Numbered from the stretch's first letter, positions 17,884 through 27,192 are shown. The stretch is 64,000 nt of DNA from a virus (IMGVR_UViG_3300046519_000060:1-64000), one strand, 5' to 3'. The notes: a model not told the origin generated them from the letters alone. Program-made: numbers and translations.

Positions 17884-17978
17884 GCCACACGCAACACCTG
17901 AGCAGTACCTACATGAAGAACGAGAGGGGCGCTACGGCGCTCCTTTCTCAATAAAAACGATTTTGGCCGGGAGTTAGA

Positions 17979-18590
17979 ATGAAGAAGATCATCGTCGCTG
18001 GTTTCCTCGCAGTTTCCGCAATCCTCGCACACGCGGGAAACGTTGTAGATGCGAACGCTACAACCACAACCAACACTCAATCGACTTCCGGTGCGGTCAA
18101 CTCAGGTGTCACGTTGCAGAACACCTTCAACAGCCCGGATAAGACCGAATACGGTGGTTCCTACACCGTCAAGTCGGCCCCGGCTATTGCTGCACCCGCT
18201 GGATATGGTTCGTGGTCCCAACAGAACTGTATGGTGACGGGGACCGGTGGATTCAGCATCATCGGATTCGGCGCAACCGGACAAGTCCCCATCGATGGCG
18301 CACGCTGCGACATGCGGGTGGACCAACAGAACATGAACGCCACGGCGATGACGATTCACAACTTCGTCGCGGCAAACCCGAGCATCAACCCTTCGTTGAA
18401 GCAGTCGTTGGACGAGAAAGCCGCCGCGATGCTACAAGCTGCTGGCGACATGTCGTGCCTGTCCTCGGATCGTCAACGCGCGGTGATGGAGAAGAAGGGG
18501 CTGTGCCGGGAAGTGGCCGACATTACCACGCTCGATCATCGCTTCGGTCAGCCGCGTTCGACGCAAATCGACTACAGCGCGGGAAATTGA
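17979..18590 (+). CDS. secreted hypothetical protein
   Basis: signal peptide MKKIIVAGFLAVSAILAHA; 203 aa. Confidence 0.5.
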   Translation: MKKIIVAGFLAVSAILAHAGNVVDANATTTTNTQSTSGAVNSGVTLQNTFNSPDKTEYGGSYTVKSAPAIAAPAGYGSWSQQNCMVTGTGGFSIIGFGATGQVPIDGARCDMRVDQQNMNATAMTIHNFVAANPSINPSLKQSLDEKAAAMLQAAGDMSCLSSDRQRAVMEKKGLCREVADITTLDHRFGQPRSTQIDYSAGN

Positions 18591-18615
18591 TAAGTTTTCC
18601 CAAACGTGGTATAAT
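18587..18615 (+). promoter_or_regulatory. sigma70-like promoter (TTGATA-17-TATAAT)
   Basis: ttgataagttttcccaaacgtggtataat. Confidence 0.5.
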
Positions 18616-18643
18616 TCGACATTAGATCGGATAGGGGAACAAG

Positions 18644-18799
18644 ATGAAGAAGAAGGACAAGAAGAAGTGGACGGGGAACAAGATCGTGATTGAGATTGCT
18701 CCCCACAAGCCACGAATCGGGGTCATCTTTTCAAAGGTGGTCAGCAACAAAAAGTTGAAGAAGTACAAGGTCAAGCACAAGAACAAGGCGTTAGATTGA
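18644..18799 (+). CDS. Lys-rich basic micro-protein (51 aa)
   Basis: MKKKDKKKWTGNK...KKYKVKHKNKALD; RBS ataggggaac. Confidence 0.35.
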   Translation: MKKKDKKKWTGNKIVIEIAPHKPRIGVIFSKVVSNKKLKKYKVKHKNKALD

Positions 18800-19146
18800 A
18801 ACCTTTAATCCACGCCAAACTATCGGTGAAGAAGCATGGCGGTAAAGTTGAAGATTATTTGGACATCCATAGCTTTATTGATAGCAGTAAGTGCGCTCAC
18901 CCGGATGTCCGACATCGGGCGGTTCTCCATAGTGCTTTTGGATGCTTTCTCACAGAGCGCGTATTCGGCGTCTACATCGTCAACAGTGACGGCAAGGAAG
19001 TAAGCGTCCGCGATCTGGCCGAAGAACACATCGTTCAAGACCTCGGCTTTCTCCCCACACTGGAACACTACCTGAACAACATGGCTATTCAGCCGTGGAT
19101 GGAAGGTGCGTTCAAGAAGAACACCAAACACGAAGTAGAAAACTAG
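18796..19146 (+). CDS. hypothetical protein (TTG start overlapping upstream stop)
   Basis: track ORF with TTG start; no in-frame ATG near. Confidence 0.4.
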   Translation: MKPLIHAKLSVKKHGGKVEDYLDIHSFIDSSKCAHPDVRHRAVLHSAFGCFLTERVFGVYIVNSDGKEVSVRDLAEEHIVQDLGFLPTLEHYLNNMAIQPWMEGAFKKNTKHEVEN

Positions 19147-19157
19147 ACTAAGTAGAA

Positions 19158-19451
19158 ATGAACAAAACGAAACTTCTTGTCATCGACACCCAAAAGCGTG
19201 AGGCACGCTCGTTCGAAGGCAATTACGAATGCGGTTTTGCACATCTTCCCAATCCCGAAGCAGAGGATGACGAAGGCAACTTCACGGCGAATCAACTGAC
19301 CCATCAGTTGAACGAATTCCGCGAAGCGGCAGATGAACGCCGATACCGCAAAGATGAAGAAGCCAAGGCACGCAAGATTGCCAATGCTCGCTTGATGGAA
19401 AAGCACAACGAGTACGCATACTGGCACAACCACTTCTTCGACAAGCAGTAA
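19158..19451 (+). CDS. hypothetical protein
   Basis: 97 aa. Confidence 0.45.
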   Translation: MNKTKLLVIDTQKREARSFEGNYECGFAHLPNPEAEDDEGNFTANQLTHQLNEFREAADERRYRKDEEAKARKIANARLMEKHNEYAYWHNHFFDKQ

Positions 19452-19503
19452 CCCCAACCCCGGCAAGGAAATAGATTCCTTCGCTATCCTAATCATAGAG
19501 GCT

Positions 19504-20580
19504 ATGATGACCAAGAAATACGATGTCGTCGTCTATATCGGACGATTCCAACCCTTCCATAACGCGCACCTTGAAACGATCCTTGCTGGCCTTGAAGTGG
19601 CAGATAAGGTAGTCGTCGTCATTGGTAGTGCGAACGAACCCCGTACCTACTTCCGCAATCCGTTCACGGTTCAAGAACGCGAATTCATGATCCGTCAAGG
19701 TCTGTCGGGTCACGGTCGCCTTCAAGATGTGTTGTTCACTTCGGTAGAGAACAACCCGTCAGATGCAGCATGGGCGGCAGATGTTGTCCAGAAGGTCGAG
19801 AATGTAGCAAGCGGCACTCTCGATACGATATGTGACCGTCAGCTTCGCATTGCCAAAATCGGCTTCGTGAAAGATGCTGGCGTGCAGCGTGACCTTGACC
19901 TGTTCCCTCAATGGCCGTATGTCGAGCACAAGAAGGAACAAGACCTTGATGCGACGCAGATTCGCAACGTGCTGTTTGGTGGTATGGGTCTACAGTTCCT
20001 TGAAGGTGTATGCCCGAAGAACGTGATTCGCTTTTTGGGCGACTTTACGTACTCCGAACAGTTCAAGCAACTGATGCGCGAGAAGAAGTACATTGAGGAC
20101 TACAAACAGCAGTTTAATGGTCTGCGCTACGCACCGACCTTCGTAACGGCTGATGCGATCCTGATTCAGTCGGGTCACGTTCTCCTGATCGAGCGCAAGG
20201 CAGAGCCGGGCAAGGGTTTGTGGGCGGTTCCCGGTGGGTTCCTGAACGCAGCAACGGACAAGTCTGTATTTGAAGCTGCGTTGCGTGAACTGAGCGAAGA
20301 AACGAAGGTGAAGGTCGCTGACCGTGTTCTTCGAAAGTCGTTCAAAGGTGTGCGTGTGTTCGATGCGATTGATCGTTCCGCGCGTGGCCGAACCATCACT
20401 CACGCACATGTGTTCGTGCTTGATGATGGGTTCGATCTTCCGAAAACCAAGGCGTCGGATGATGCAGCAAAGACGAAGTGGGTTCACATCAACGACATCA
20501 AGCGGGAAATGATGTTCGAAGATCATGATGAACTTGTGAAATGGGGCTGGTCTGTTGCGACAGCTAACGAAGTGAAGTAA
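19504..20580 (+). CDS. natV: bifunctional NMN adenylyltransferase / Nudix hydrolase (NadM/NatV-like)
   Basis: YIGRFQPFHNAH (H-x-G-H nucleotidyltransferase motif) plus Nudix box GGFLNAATDKSVFEAALRELSEETKV. Confidence 0.75.
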   Translation: MMTKKYDVVVYIGRFQPFHNAHLETILAGLEVADKVVVVIGSANEPRTYFRNPFTVQEREFMIRQGLSGHGRLQDVLFTSVENNPSDAAWAADVVQKVENVASGTLDTICDRQLRIAKIGFVKDAGVQRDLDLFPQWPYVEHKKEQDLDATQIRNVLFGGMGLQFLEGVCPKNVIRFLGDFTYSEQFKQLMREKKYIEDYKQQFNGLRYAPTFVTADAILIQSGHVLLIERKAEPGKGLWAVPGGFLNAATDKSVFEAALRELSEETKVKVADRVLRKSFKGVRVFDAIDRSARGRTITHAHVFVLDDGFDLPKTKASDDAAKTKWVHINDIKREMMFEDHDELVKWGWSVATANEVK

Positions 20581-20635
20581 ATCCCGGACCAACCGATAGA
20601 CGGTAGTCCTTATCAACTGTAAGAGGCTTACAACA

Positions 20636-21991
20636 ATGCAAAACGAAAACATCCAACTCGATCAAAACTTCGTCCTTGAATCGGACTCCTACAAATATTC
20701 GCACACGCCGGAAGTGTACCCGGAAGGCGCAGAAGCCCTTCACTCGTATCTCTCGGCCCGCGTGAAAGGTTCGCGCGTGGTGCAGTTTGGTGTGTCCATG
20801 TGGATCAAGAAGAAGTTGCTGGCCCCGATCACGCGGTACATGGTTGATGAAGCGGAAGAATTCATCAACAAGCACATCGGCCCCGGTGGTTTCGACCGTA
20901 CCATGTGGGACCACATCCTGCACAACTACGGCGGGTTCATCCCGTTGACGATCCGTGGTCTGCCGGAAGGCACGGTCACGAAAAGTGATGACACGTTGCT
21001 GACGATCCAATGTGATGATCCGATCTGCTTCCCGCTGGCGCAGTTCATCGAAGCATCGATTCAATCGGACCTCTGGTACAGCACGACGATTGCCACGAAC
21101 GATCTGGAAAACTACGAAGTCGCCAAAAGCCACTTCGATCTGTTCTCGGATCAACCGGACATGCTCCCGTTCATGCTGCATGACTTCGGCGCGCGTGGTG
21201 CGACGTGTGAAGAACAGCGTCAAATCGGCGGCGCTGCGCATCTGATCTTCTTCCAAGGTTCGGACAACATCAGCGGCATCCGTGCAGCAAACCTGTTCTA
21301 TGGTTGCGACATGGCCGCGTATTCGGTTCGTGCCACGGAACACAGCATCCAGTGCGCATATGGTCCCGATCATCAGGAAGCCTATCTTCGTCGTGTTCTC
21401 GATGCACATGCGAAGCCGGGTAACATCGTGTCGATTGTGCTGGACGGCTACAACGTCTGGCGTGAAGCTGAACTTCTGTGTACCACGTTCAAGCAACAAA
21501 TCATCGACAGCGGTGCGAAGGTTGTGTTTCGCCCGGATTCGGGTGACATGTTCGAAGTCATCCCGCGTCTGTTGGATATGCAAGCAGAGGCGTTCGGCTA
21601 CACGGTCAACAGCAAGGGCAAGAAGGTAATCAAGCATGTCGGCATCATCCAAGGTGACGGCATCGACAAGACGACTTTCATGCTGCTGATCCAGAAGGTT
21701 GTATCCCTCGGCTATGCGCCCGAGTGCGTCCTGTTGGGTTCTGGTGGTGGACTGTTGCAGAAGGTCAACCGCGATACCTTGAAGTTCGCGCAGAAGGCCG
21801 CTGCTATCAAGATCAATGGCGAGTGGCAAAACATCTGGAAAGACCCGATTACCGATCCGGGTAAGAAGTCCAAGACCGGCATCCAAGATGATCCTAGATT
21901 CGTCACCTTCTATACCCCGGAAGATGGCTTGATCTACGATGAAAACCTCGCGACGATCCGCGAGCGTGCGCTGGCTGGCGCTGCTGTGTAA
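20636..21991 (+). CDS. nadV: nicotinamide phosphoribosyltransferase (NAMPT/NadV)
   Basis: 451 aa, N-terminal ILNTDSYKxxH-like LESDSYKYSH and overall NAMPT length/organisation next to natV. Confidence 0.75.
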   Translation: MQNENIQLDQNFVLESDSYKYSHTPEVYPEGAEALHSYLSARVKGSRVVQFGVSMWIKKKLLAPITRYMVDEAEEFINKHIGPGGFDRTMWDHILHNYGGFIPLTIRGLPEGTVTKSDDTLLTIQCDDPICFPLAQFIEASIQSDLWYSTTIATNDLENYEVAKSHFDLFSDQPDMLPFMLHDFGARGATCEEQRQIGGAAHLIFFQGSDNISGIRAANLFYGCDMAAYSVRATEHSIQCAYGPDHQEAYLRRVLDAHAKPGNIVSIVLDGYNVWREAELLCTTFKQQIIDSGAKVVFRPDSGDMFEVIPRLLDMQAEAFGYTVNSKGKKVIKHVGIIQGDGIDKTTFMLLIQKVVSLGYAPECVLLGSGGGLLQKVNRDTLKFAQKAAAIKINGEWQNIWKDPITDPGKKSKTGIQDDPRFVTFYTPEDGLIYDENLATIRERALAGAAV

Positions 21992-22006
21992 ATTCCCAGA
22001 TTTGGG

Positions 22007-22035
22007 TTGACATGTTAAGGACCGACAGGTATGAT
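22007..22035 (+). promoter_or_regulatory. sigma70-like promoter with inverted repeat
   Basis: ttgacatgttaaggaccgacaggtatgat; aaggaccgacagg pairs with downstream cttgttggtcctt. Confidence 0.5.
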
Positions 22036-22068
22036 GTGCTTGTTGGTCCTTTTTATTTGGAGATAGCT

Positions 22069-22371
22069 ATGACGAAACATAACTTCGAAGAACGCGTGAA
22101 GTTCGACTACGGCTTCACCATCGGCAAGCTGCATCCGGTCAGGCTGGTGAAGGATGGGGCGCAAGTACGGCTGGCGCTCGTCCACATCCCGAATCGCGGT
22201 CGTCCGCGTGCTGTCATCAAGACCAACGTCACAACCGGCCTCTGGGCGATCAACACCTACATCATCGACGGCGACGATCTGGTGTACCTGAGTCACACGA
22301 CGCGTCCCTATGCTGTCGAAGAATTCGATGCACTGACGACCGGCCCGGACCTTCGCGACATCGAATTCTAA
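22069..22371 (+). CDS. hypothetical protein
   Basis: RBS ggagatagctATG. Confidence 0.45.
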   Translation: MTKHNFEERVKFDYGFTIGKLHPVRLVKDGAQVRLALVHIPNRGRPRAVIKTNVTTGLWAINTYIIDGDDLVYLSHTTRPYAVEEFDALTTGPDLRDIEF

Positions 22372-22399
22372 AATTCCCGCGTTTGGGTATTGACGAAGG

Positions 22400-22428
22400 A
22401 CTCTCAAACCTGTAGAATCCTTTTCATT
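22400..22428 (+). promoter_or_regulatory. sigma70-like promoter (TTGACG-17-TAGAAT)
   Basis: ttgacgaaggactctcaaacctgtagaat. Confidence 0.55.
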
Positions 22429-22452
22429 GAATCGAGACACAGGAGCGCAACA

Positions 22453-22638
22453 ATGAGCAAACCAATCATCGTCGCGAAGAATCGGCCGCGTCCGTGGCAG
22501 TCCCTTCCGAACTTCGCGTGGTCCGATCAACGTCCTTGGGTCGTCTATGTGGACGGCGTGATTGCGAAGGACAAGCGCGGTAACGAACGCCGCTTCGCTT
22601 CGGCGGAAGGCGCACGTAAGGCATTCAAGGGGGAGTGA
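22453..22638 (+). CDS. hypothetical protein
   Basis: leader acaggagcgcaacaATG. Confidence 0.4.
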   Translation: MSKPIIVAKNRPRPWQSLPNFAWSDQRPWVVYVDGVIAKDKRGNERRFASAEGARKAFKGE

Positions 22639-22640
22639 AC

Positions 22641-22931
22641 ATGTCCTTCAAGATCAAAACGAACAACGTCCCGCGTGATCTGGTCTACGGCTACGAACTG
22701 TCCGAGAAAGAGCGCAAGGACTTCGACTACATCGACGCGGAACACTTCGACGGTCACAGCTTCATGCGCTACAAGGGCGAACTGTACGACCTGTCGGACT
22801 TCATGCGCACAACGAAAGGAATGGGGCTGCTGGATTGGGACGGCTACGCATCCGACTCCCATTTCAGCGGCATCGTCATCAAGTACGTTGACAACTTCGA
22901 GCGTGTCATCGTAGGAACCTACATCAGCTAA
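22641..22931 (+). CDS. hypothetical protein
   Basis: ATG 22641 after gggggagtgaac. Confidence 0.45.
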   Translation: MSFKIKTNNVPRDLVYGYELSEKERKDFDYIDAEHFDGHSFMRYKGELYDLSDFMRTTKGMGLLDWDGYASDSHFSGIVIKYVDNFERVIVGTYIS

Positions 22932-22940
22932 AGCAACTAC

Positions 22941-23267
22941 ATGAACCTCAAACAATCCCTCACGCCGGAACAGCAAGTCGAAGCGCACAAGATGCTGGCC
23001 TTCGTTCAGAACCAGTTCGTCAACAAGCTGAACCGTACCAACTTCATCTGTCTCAACGTCATCAACTACGGTCAAGTACATGGCCTAGAGGACATCATCG
23101 TTGAAGTGGTCGAAGATCGAATCCAAGAACATTACTTGAACTTCCACTACACGGCGCGGGTGTATCTGGCGGCAACGAGTGGCCGGTACGAAAGCGAAAT
23201 TGAAGATGCCCAAGTTCGCGAATTCCGTCTCGCTATCATCGAAGAACTGTTGAAGGAACTCGCATGA
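22941..23267 (+). CDS. hypothetical protein
   Basis: 108 aa. Confidence 0.45.
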   Translation: MNLKQSLTPEQQVEAHKMLAFVQNQFVNKLNRTNFICLNVINYGQVHGLEDIIVEVVEDRIQEHYLNFHYTARVYLAATSGRYESEIEDAQVREFRLAIIEELLKELA

Positions 23268-23644
23268 CCATCCGCAGAACGCATTCCGCCGCACCGCCGA
23301 CCGAAGCTGACGCTGGCAAGTATGCCGTGCGCGATACCGTCTGGCGCAATGGCTTCTGTAGTCGCCCGGTACTCATCACGAAGGTCAACAAGTCCCGCGT
23401 CTACTATCTGGATTCGACGCGCGTCTGGCAGGACAAGCAGTTCAAGGTGTCGAAGTTCGAAATCATGGAAGGCGCAATCGAGCAGTTCTGCAAGACCACG
23501 ACCATCCGCTTCGTCTGCGACACCTTCGAAGAAGCCGTGACCCTGCATGACCTGTCCGAGCAGCAGAACGATGAACTGAACAAGACAGACAAGGAAATAC
23601 GCGAAAAGTACAACATGTTTGTAGAAAAGTTGTTGACGAAGTAA
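23264..23644 (+). CDS. hypothetical protein
   Basis: ATGA overlap; 126 aa. Confidence 0.45.
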   Translation: MTIRRTHSAAPPTEADAGKYAVRDTVWRNGFCSRPVLITKVNKSRVYYLDSTRVWQDKQFKVSKFEIMEGAIEQFCKTTTIRFVCDTFEEAVTLHDLSEQQNDELNKTDKEIREKYNMFVEKLLTK

Positions 23645-23661
23645 CCCAAGTCTGGGATAAT
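23633..23661 (+). promoter_or_regulatory. sigma70-like promoter (TTGACG-17-GATAAT) inside 3' end of upstream gene
   Basis: ttgacgaagtaacccaagtctgggataat. Confidence 0.5.
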
Positions 23662-23690
23662 TCTTTTCATCGCAACACGGAGAACCAAAC

Positions 23691-24044
23691 ATGTTGTTCC
23701 TGACAGCCTTCTGCACCGTGTTGTTCTACCTGATGGTCGGTCATGCGGTAGCCGACTATCCGCTACAGGGCGAATTCCTCGCCCGAGCAAAGAATCGAAA
23801 TACCGAAGTTGGGAAGATTCACTGGCCGTATGCACTGACGGCACACGGTCTGATCCACGGTGGCGCTGTGGCATGGGTAACTGGTTCGGTGGGCCTTGGC
23901 ATCTGCGAAACCATGATCCACTTCCTGACCGACTTCTGGAAGTGCGAAGGGAAGTTGACCTTGAAGCAGGATCAGGCGATTCACGTAGGTTGTAAACTGT
24001 TCTACGCAGCACTGGTCGCAACCTACGCAGCACTCACACATTAA
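23691..24044 (+). CDS. hypothetical integral membrane protein
   Basis: several hydrophobic helices; leader cggagaaccaaacATG. Confidence 0.5.
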   Translation: MLFLTAFCTVLFYLMVGHAVADYPLQGEFLARAKNRNTEVGKIHWPYALTAHGLIHGGAVAWVTGSVGLGICETMIHFLTDFWKCEGKLTLKQDQAIHVGCKLFYAALVATYAALTH

Positions 24045-24055
24045 GGGAGATTCAC

Positions 24056-24301
24056 ATGAGCAACTTCAAGACGTGGTTCAACACCTTCAATCAAGAGAAG
24101 GGCATCGATCCCGAGACGAACATCGAAGTCGAAGGTCCGAGTGGCACGAACTTCATGACGTTGCAGAACGTGTTCGATGCAATCCTCGCAACGTCCGCGT
24201 CCGAACAGGCCGGTATCAAGGCGATGATCGTGAAGATCGACTTCCGCAACGGTGATGTGGTCGATTACTACAAGCATCTGGCGAAGGCCATCGCGCAGTA
24301 A
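24056..24301 (+). CDS. hypothetical protein
   Basis: RBS aagggagattcacATG. Confidence 0.45.
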   Translation: MSNFKTWFNTFNQEKGIDPETNIEVEGPSGTNFMTLQNVFDAILATSASEQAGIKAMIVKIDFRNGDVVDYYKHLAKAIAQ

Positions 24302-24308
24302 ACCCAAC

Positions 24309-24333
24309 CGGGCGTCTACGGGGACGCCCTTTG
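24309..24333 (+). terminator. rho-independent terminator
   Basis: cgggcgtc tacgg ggacgccc tttg. Confidence 0.6.
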
Positions 24334-24361
24334 TAAAACTAGACGAAGTAGAAAACAACAC

Positions 24362-25426
24362 ATGAAGAAATTTCTCGTTGGTATTTTGTTGTCCTTAGTA
24401 ACGGTCATCGCATTCGCGTTGCCGTCTCCCCGCCAAATCGAAGATGCACTCGCGGCAAACCGCTATAGCGATGCACAGTCGATGGTGTCACAAGTCCTTC
24501 GTGAACGTCCCGATTCGGCGCGTGCGCACCTTCTCAACGCGTACCTACTGATCCACGTCAACCATGACAAGACCGCCGCCAATGCTGAACTGAACACGGC
24601 TGCTGGTCTGGATCGGAACGGTGACGTGAAGAACAGTCCGCTGTTCGGTCGTGTGGTCGGTGAAATCGACACGTATCAGGGCGCTACGCGATCCGCGCCG
24701 CGTCAGGTTGTGCAGAGTGGTCCGATGGTGCAGCAAGCCGCTGTAAGCCCTGTGGCGCAGTCTGAACCGGAAAAGAAAGGCGAAAGTCATCTGTTGCTCT
24801 GGCTGTTTGTGTTCTTCGGTGTCGTCGCAGTTCTCGCGTACCTGCTGATCCGTGGTGCGAATCGTCGTGAACGTGAAGAAGCGAGCGCCTATACGCCGTA
24901 CACGACGCGTGGTAGCCGTCAGTTGACCCAGACGCGCAGTGGTGGAACCTATACGGCCCCGTACAATCCGCCGCCTGTGCCGCTCGATCCGTACACCCCG
25001 GCAGTGGTCTTTCACCAACCGGCCCCGGTTCAAGTCGTGCAGCAAGCGCCGCAACAGTCGTTCGGAAGTCAAGTCGCAGCAACCGCATCCGGTGTCGTCG
25101 TCGGTGAACTGATTCACGATGCCCTCACTAGCAGCAAGCATCATTCCCGGACGTGGGAAGAACCGGTTCGAGAACGCGAAGTTGTTCGTGAACGTGACCC
25201 GGATTGGGGTTCCCCGGCACGTAGTTCGTACACTCGCGACGAATCCCCGGTGTCGTATAGCAACGAACGTTCCTCGTTCTCGTCGTCCAGTCGCGACGAT
25301 GATAGCTGGTCGTCGGGCAGTAGTTCGAGCAGTTCGAGTAGTTCCGATAGTAGCTGGTCCAGTGGTTCCGATTCATCGTCCTCGTCGTGGGATAGCGGTA
25401 GCAGTTCGAGTAGTTCCGACTGGTAA
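24362..25426 (+). CDS. membrane-anchored protein with signal peptide, central TM helix and Ser-rich C-terminal tail
   Basis: MKKFLVGILLSLVTVIAFA signal; LLLWLFVFFGVVAVLAYLLI TM; C-terminus SWSSGSSSSSSSSSDSSWSSGSDSSSSSWDSGSSSSSSDW. Confidence 0.5.
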   Translation: MKKFLVGILLSLVTVIAFALPSPRQIEDALAANRYSDAQSMVSQVLRERPDSARAHLLNAYLLIHVNHDKTAANAELNTAAGLDRNGDVKNSPLFGRVVGEIDTYQGATRSAPRQVVQSGPMVQQAAVSPVAQSEPEKKGESHLLLWLFVFFGVVAVLAYLLIRGANRREREEASAYTPYTTRGSRQLTQTRSGGTYTAPYNPPPVPLDPYTPAVVFHQPAPVQVVQQAPQQSFGSQVAATASGVVVGELIHDALTSSKHHSRTWEEPVREREVVRERDPDWGSPARSSYTRDESPVSYSNERSSFSSSSRDDDSWSSGSSSSSSSSSDSSWSSGSDSSSSSWDSGSSSSSSDW

Positions 25427-25475
25427 AAAGTACTGTAGGGTTTTCAAACAAGTTTGTAGATTTTCGCAAATACCA

Positions 25476-25505
25476 TTGACACGCAATCCTCATTTGAAAT
25501 ACAAT
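25476..25505 (+). promoter_or_regulatory. sigma70-like promoter (TTGACA-18-TACAAT)
   Basis: ttgacacgcaatcctcatttgaaatacaat. Confidence 0.4.
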
Positions 25506-25551
25506 TCTGTTTGTGGGTTGCGACACAAAACACCTTTGGGAGTAGACGAAA

Positions 25552-25809
25552 ATGCAGTTCCGCACTACCGATATTCATGGCGTGTTCGTGTACGAAATGT
25601 CCGACACGTTCGGGTGGTCCGAGAAGGTCAAGGACTACTACAACAAGGGCGACATCATCGATGTAGATTTCGATGTCGTAATCGAAACCCACTTCACCAG
25701 TGACTTCCTGAACGGCAAGCTGATCGCAGTCGATGAAGAAGCGAAGGCATGGGCGGCACCATTGTTGGAAATGATGAAGTCGTCCAAGGAAGTAGAAGAA
25801 GTACAGTAA
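25552..25809 (+). CDS. hypothetical protein
   Basis: RBS tgggagtag. Confidence 0.45.
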   Translation: MQFRTTDIHGVFVYEMSDTFGWSEKVKDYYNKGDIIDVDFDVVIETHFTSDFLNGKLIAVDEEAKAWAAPLLEMMKSSKEVEEVQ

Positions 25810-25871
25810 CAAATCATCGTGGTGTTGAAGTAGATGAAACACCTCCCACGACGCAATAGAGAAGGCGACCT

Positions 25872-26234
25872 ATGACTCAAATCACGTTTCAGCACCAACT
25901 TAGCATCCATGACATCACCGATGTTCGTAATGGTCGCGACAATCTTGAAGTAACCTGCAAACTCGATGAAGTTCAACAGAAACGTGTGGTCGCAGAGCAA
26001 GAGCACAACACCCTCATCGGCGAAATCAAGGACCGTGGCTTCGTCGTCCTGACCCGCGCAGAAGCGGAAGATATGAAAGACGACATCGAAGCTGGCGAAT
26101 GTCTGGTCCAGATGATGGAAGAAGCGTCGGGCCTCTGGGAAAGCAACCCGGAAGAAGCGGCCAAGAAGATGACGCACATCATGTTCGTGGCGACTGGCAA
26201 GAAGCTTCAATTCGCTGGTGCATTGGCAGCATAA
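25872..26234 (+). CDS. hypothetical protein
   Basis: 120 aa. Confidence 0.45.
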   Translation: MTQITFQHQLSIHDITDVRNGRDNLEVTCKLDEVQQKRVVAEQEHNTLIGEIKDRGFVVLTRAEAEDMKDDIEAGECLVQMMEEASGLWESNPEEAAKKMTHIMFVATGKKLQFAGALAA

Positions 26235-26266
26235 ACCCAACAACAGAAGTAGAGAACTAAAGAAAG

Positions 26267-26578
26267 ATGTCGAGCAACCTGATTAACAGCCCGGAAGCAA
26301 AGAAGCGTTTCAACAACAAGCTTCAAGAGATTTCGGGCAGCATGACCCGTATCGAAGGCGAACGCGACCTTATCAAGACGATCACTTCCGACTTGGCGGA
26401 AGAATTCCAGATTGATAAGAAGATCGTGGCACGCATGGCAAAGACGTATCACAAGCAGTCCTTCAAAGATACGGTCGCTGCTGACGACGAATTCACGACG
26501 ATCTATCAAATCGTGACGGGCGAAGAAGCTGCACAGTTCGCGGATGATGCACCCTACAACGGGGACGCCGACGAATGA
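26267..26578 (+). CDS. hypothetical protein
   Basis: 103 aa. Confidence 0.45.
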   Translation: MSSNLINSPEAKKRFNNKLQEISGSMTRIEGERDLIKTITSDLAEEFQIDKKIVARMAKTYHKQSFKDTVAADDEFTTIYQIVTGEEAAQFADDAPYNGDADE

Positions 26579-26826
26579 ACATCTACGGCGGCAGCAAAGA
26601 AGTGCAAGCGTTGATTAAAGAGAAGTTGGAGCAAGTGAACAACCTCTTTCGTGAAGTCGGCGCACTGGCAGAAGAACACGATGTATCGGTGTCCACGAAC
26701 ATTCTGGACATCTGGGGAACGGGACTGACGTACATCCCGCCTTCGGAAAAAGAAGATATGAGCGAATCGTATCTGGAAGAACTGCAAGACAATGAAGGCT
26801 GGCAAGCATCCGCTTCGTCCTGCTAA
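26575..26826 (+). CDS. GW-SS-C tail family small protein, member 1
   Basis: ends EGWQASASSC; shares AEEHDVSV...D...Y core with five paralogs. Confidence 0.5.
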   Translation: MNIYGGSKEVQALIKEKLEQVNNLFREVGALAEEHDVSVSTNILDIWGTGLTYIPPSEKEDMSESYLEELQDNEGWQASASSC

Positions 26827-26853
26827 CAACGAACCACACTGAGATAGACCAAC

Positions 26854-27192
26854 ATGCAACTGAACCGTGAAGAAGCCCAAGTTTTCCTGAACATGATCGG
26901 AACCAACGTGACCGATAGTTCGATGTCGGTTCTGGACAAGATCGAGAATTCATTCCCCGATCTGGTTCGCAATACGACCTACGCACCGATTCTTCGCGAC
27001 TGGCGTTCGAATCGCGAGAAGCAGAAGAAGTCGGCAATGGCCGAAATCAGCAAGCAACTCGCAAACGTCCGTGGTTCGCTGGCTGAGTGCGAACGCATCG
27101 CGAAGTCCGCTGGCATCGGCTTTGTTCTCGATGTCGCTGACGTGGAACTGGAATTCACGGCGAAAGATGGTTGGTCGTCGTCCTACTGCTAA
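26854..27192 (+). CDS. GW-SS-C tail family small protein, member 2
   Basis: ends DGWSSSYC. Confidence 0.5.
   Translation: MQLNREEAQVFLNMIGTNVTDSSMSVLDKIENSFPDLVRNTTYAPILRDWRSNREKQKKSAMAEISKQLANVRGSLAECERIAKSAGIGFVLDVADVELEFTAKDGWSSSYC

Noticed and set aside
17334-18080. Arg-rich alternative-frame ORFs (17334..17525, 17429..17977, 17284..17868-, 17559..18080-) over the Gly-rich secreted gene
   Set aside because: The frame with signal peptide and RBS explains the region. The others are typical shadow ORFs of GC-rich repeats.
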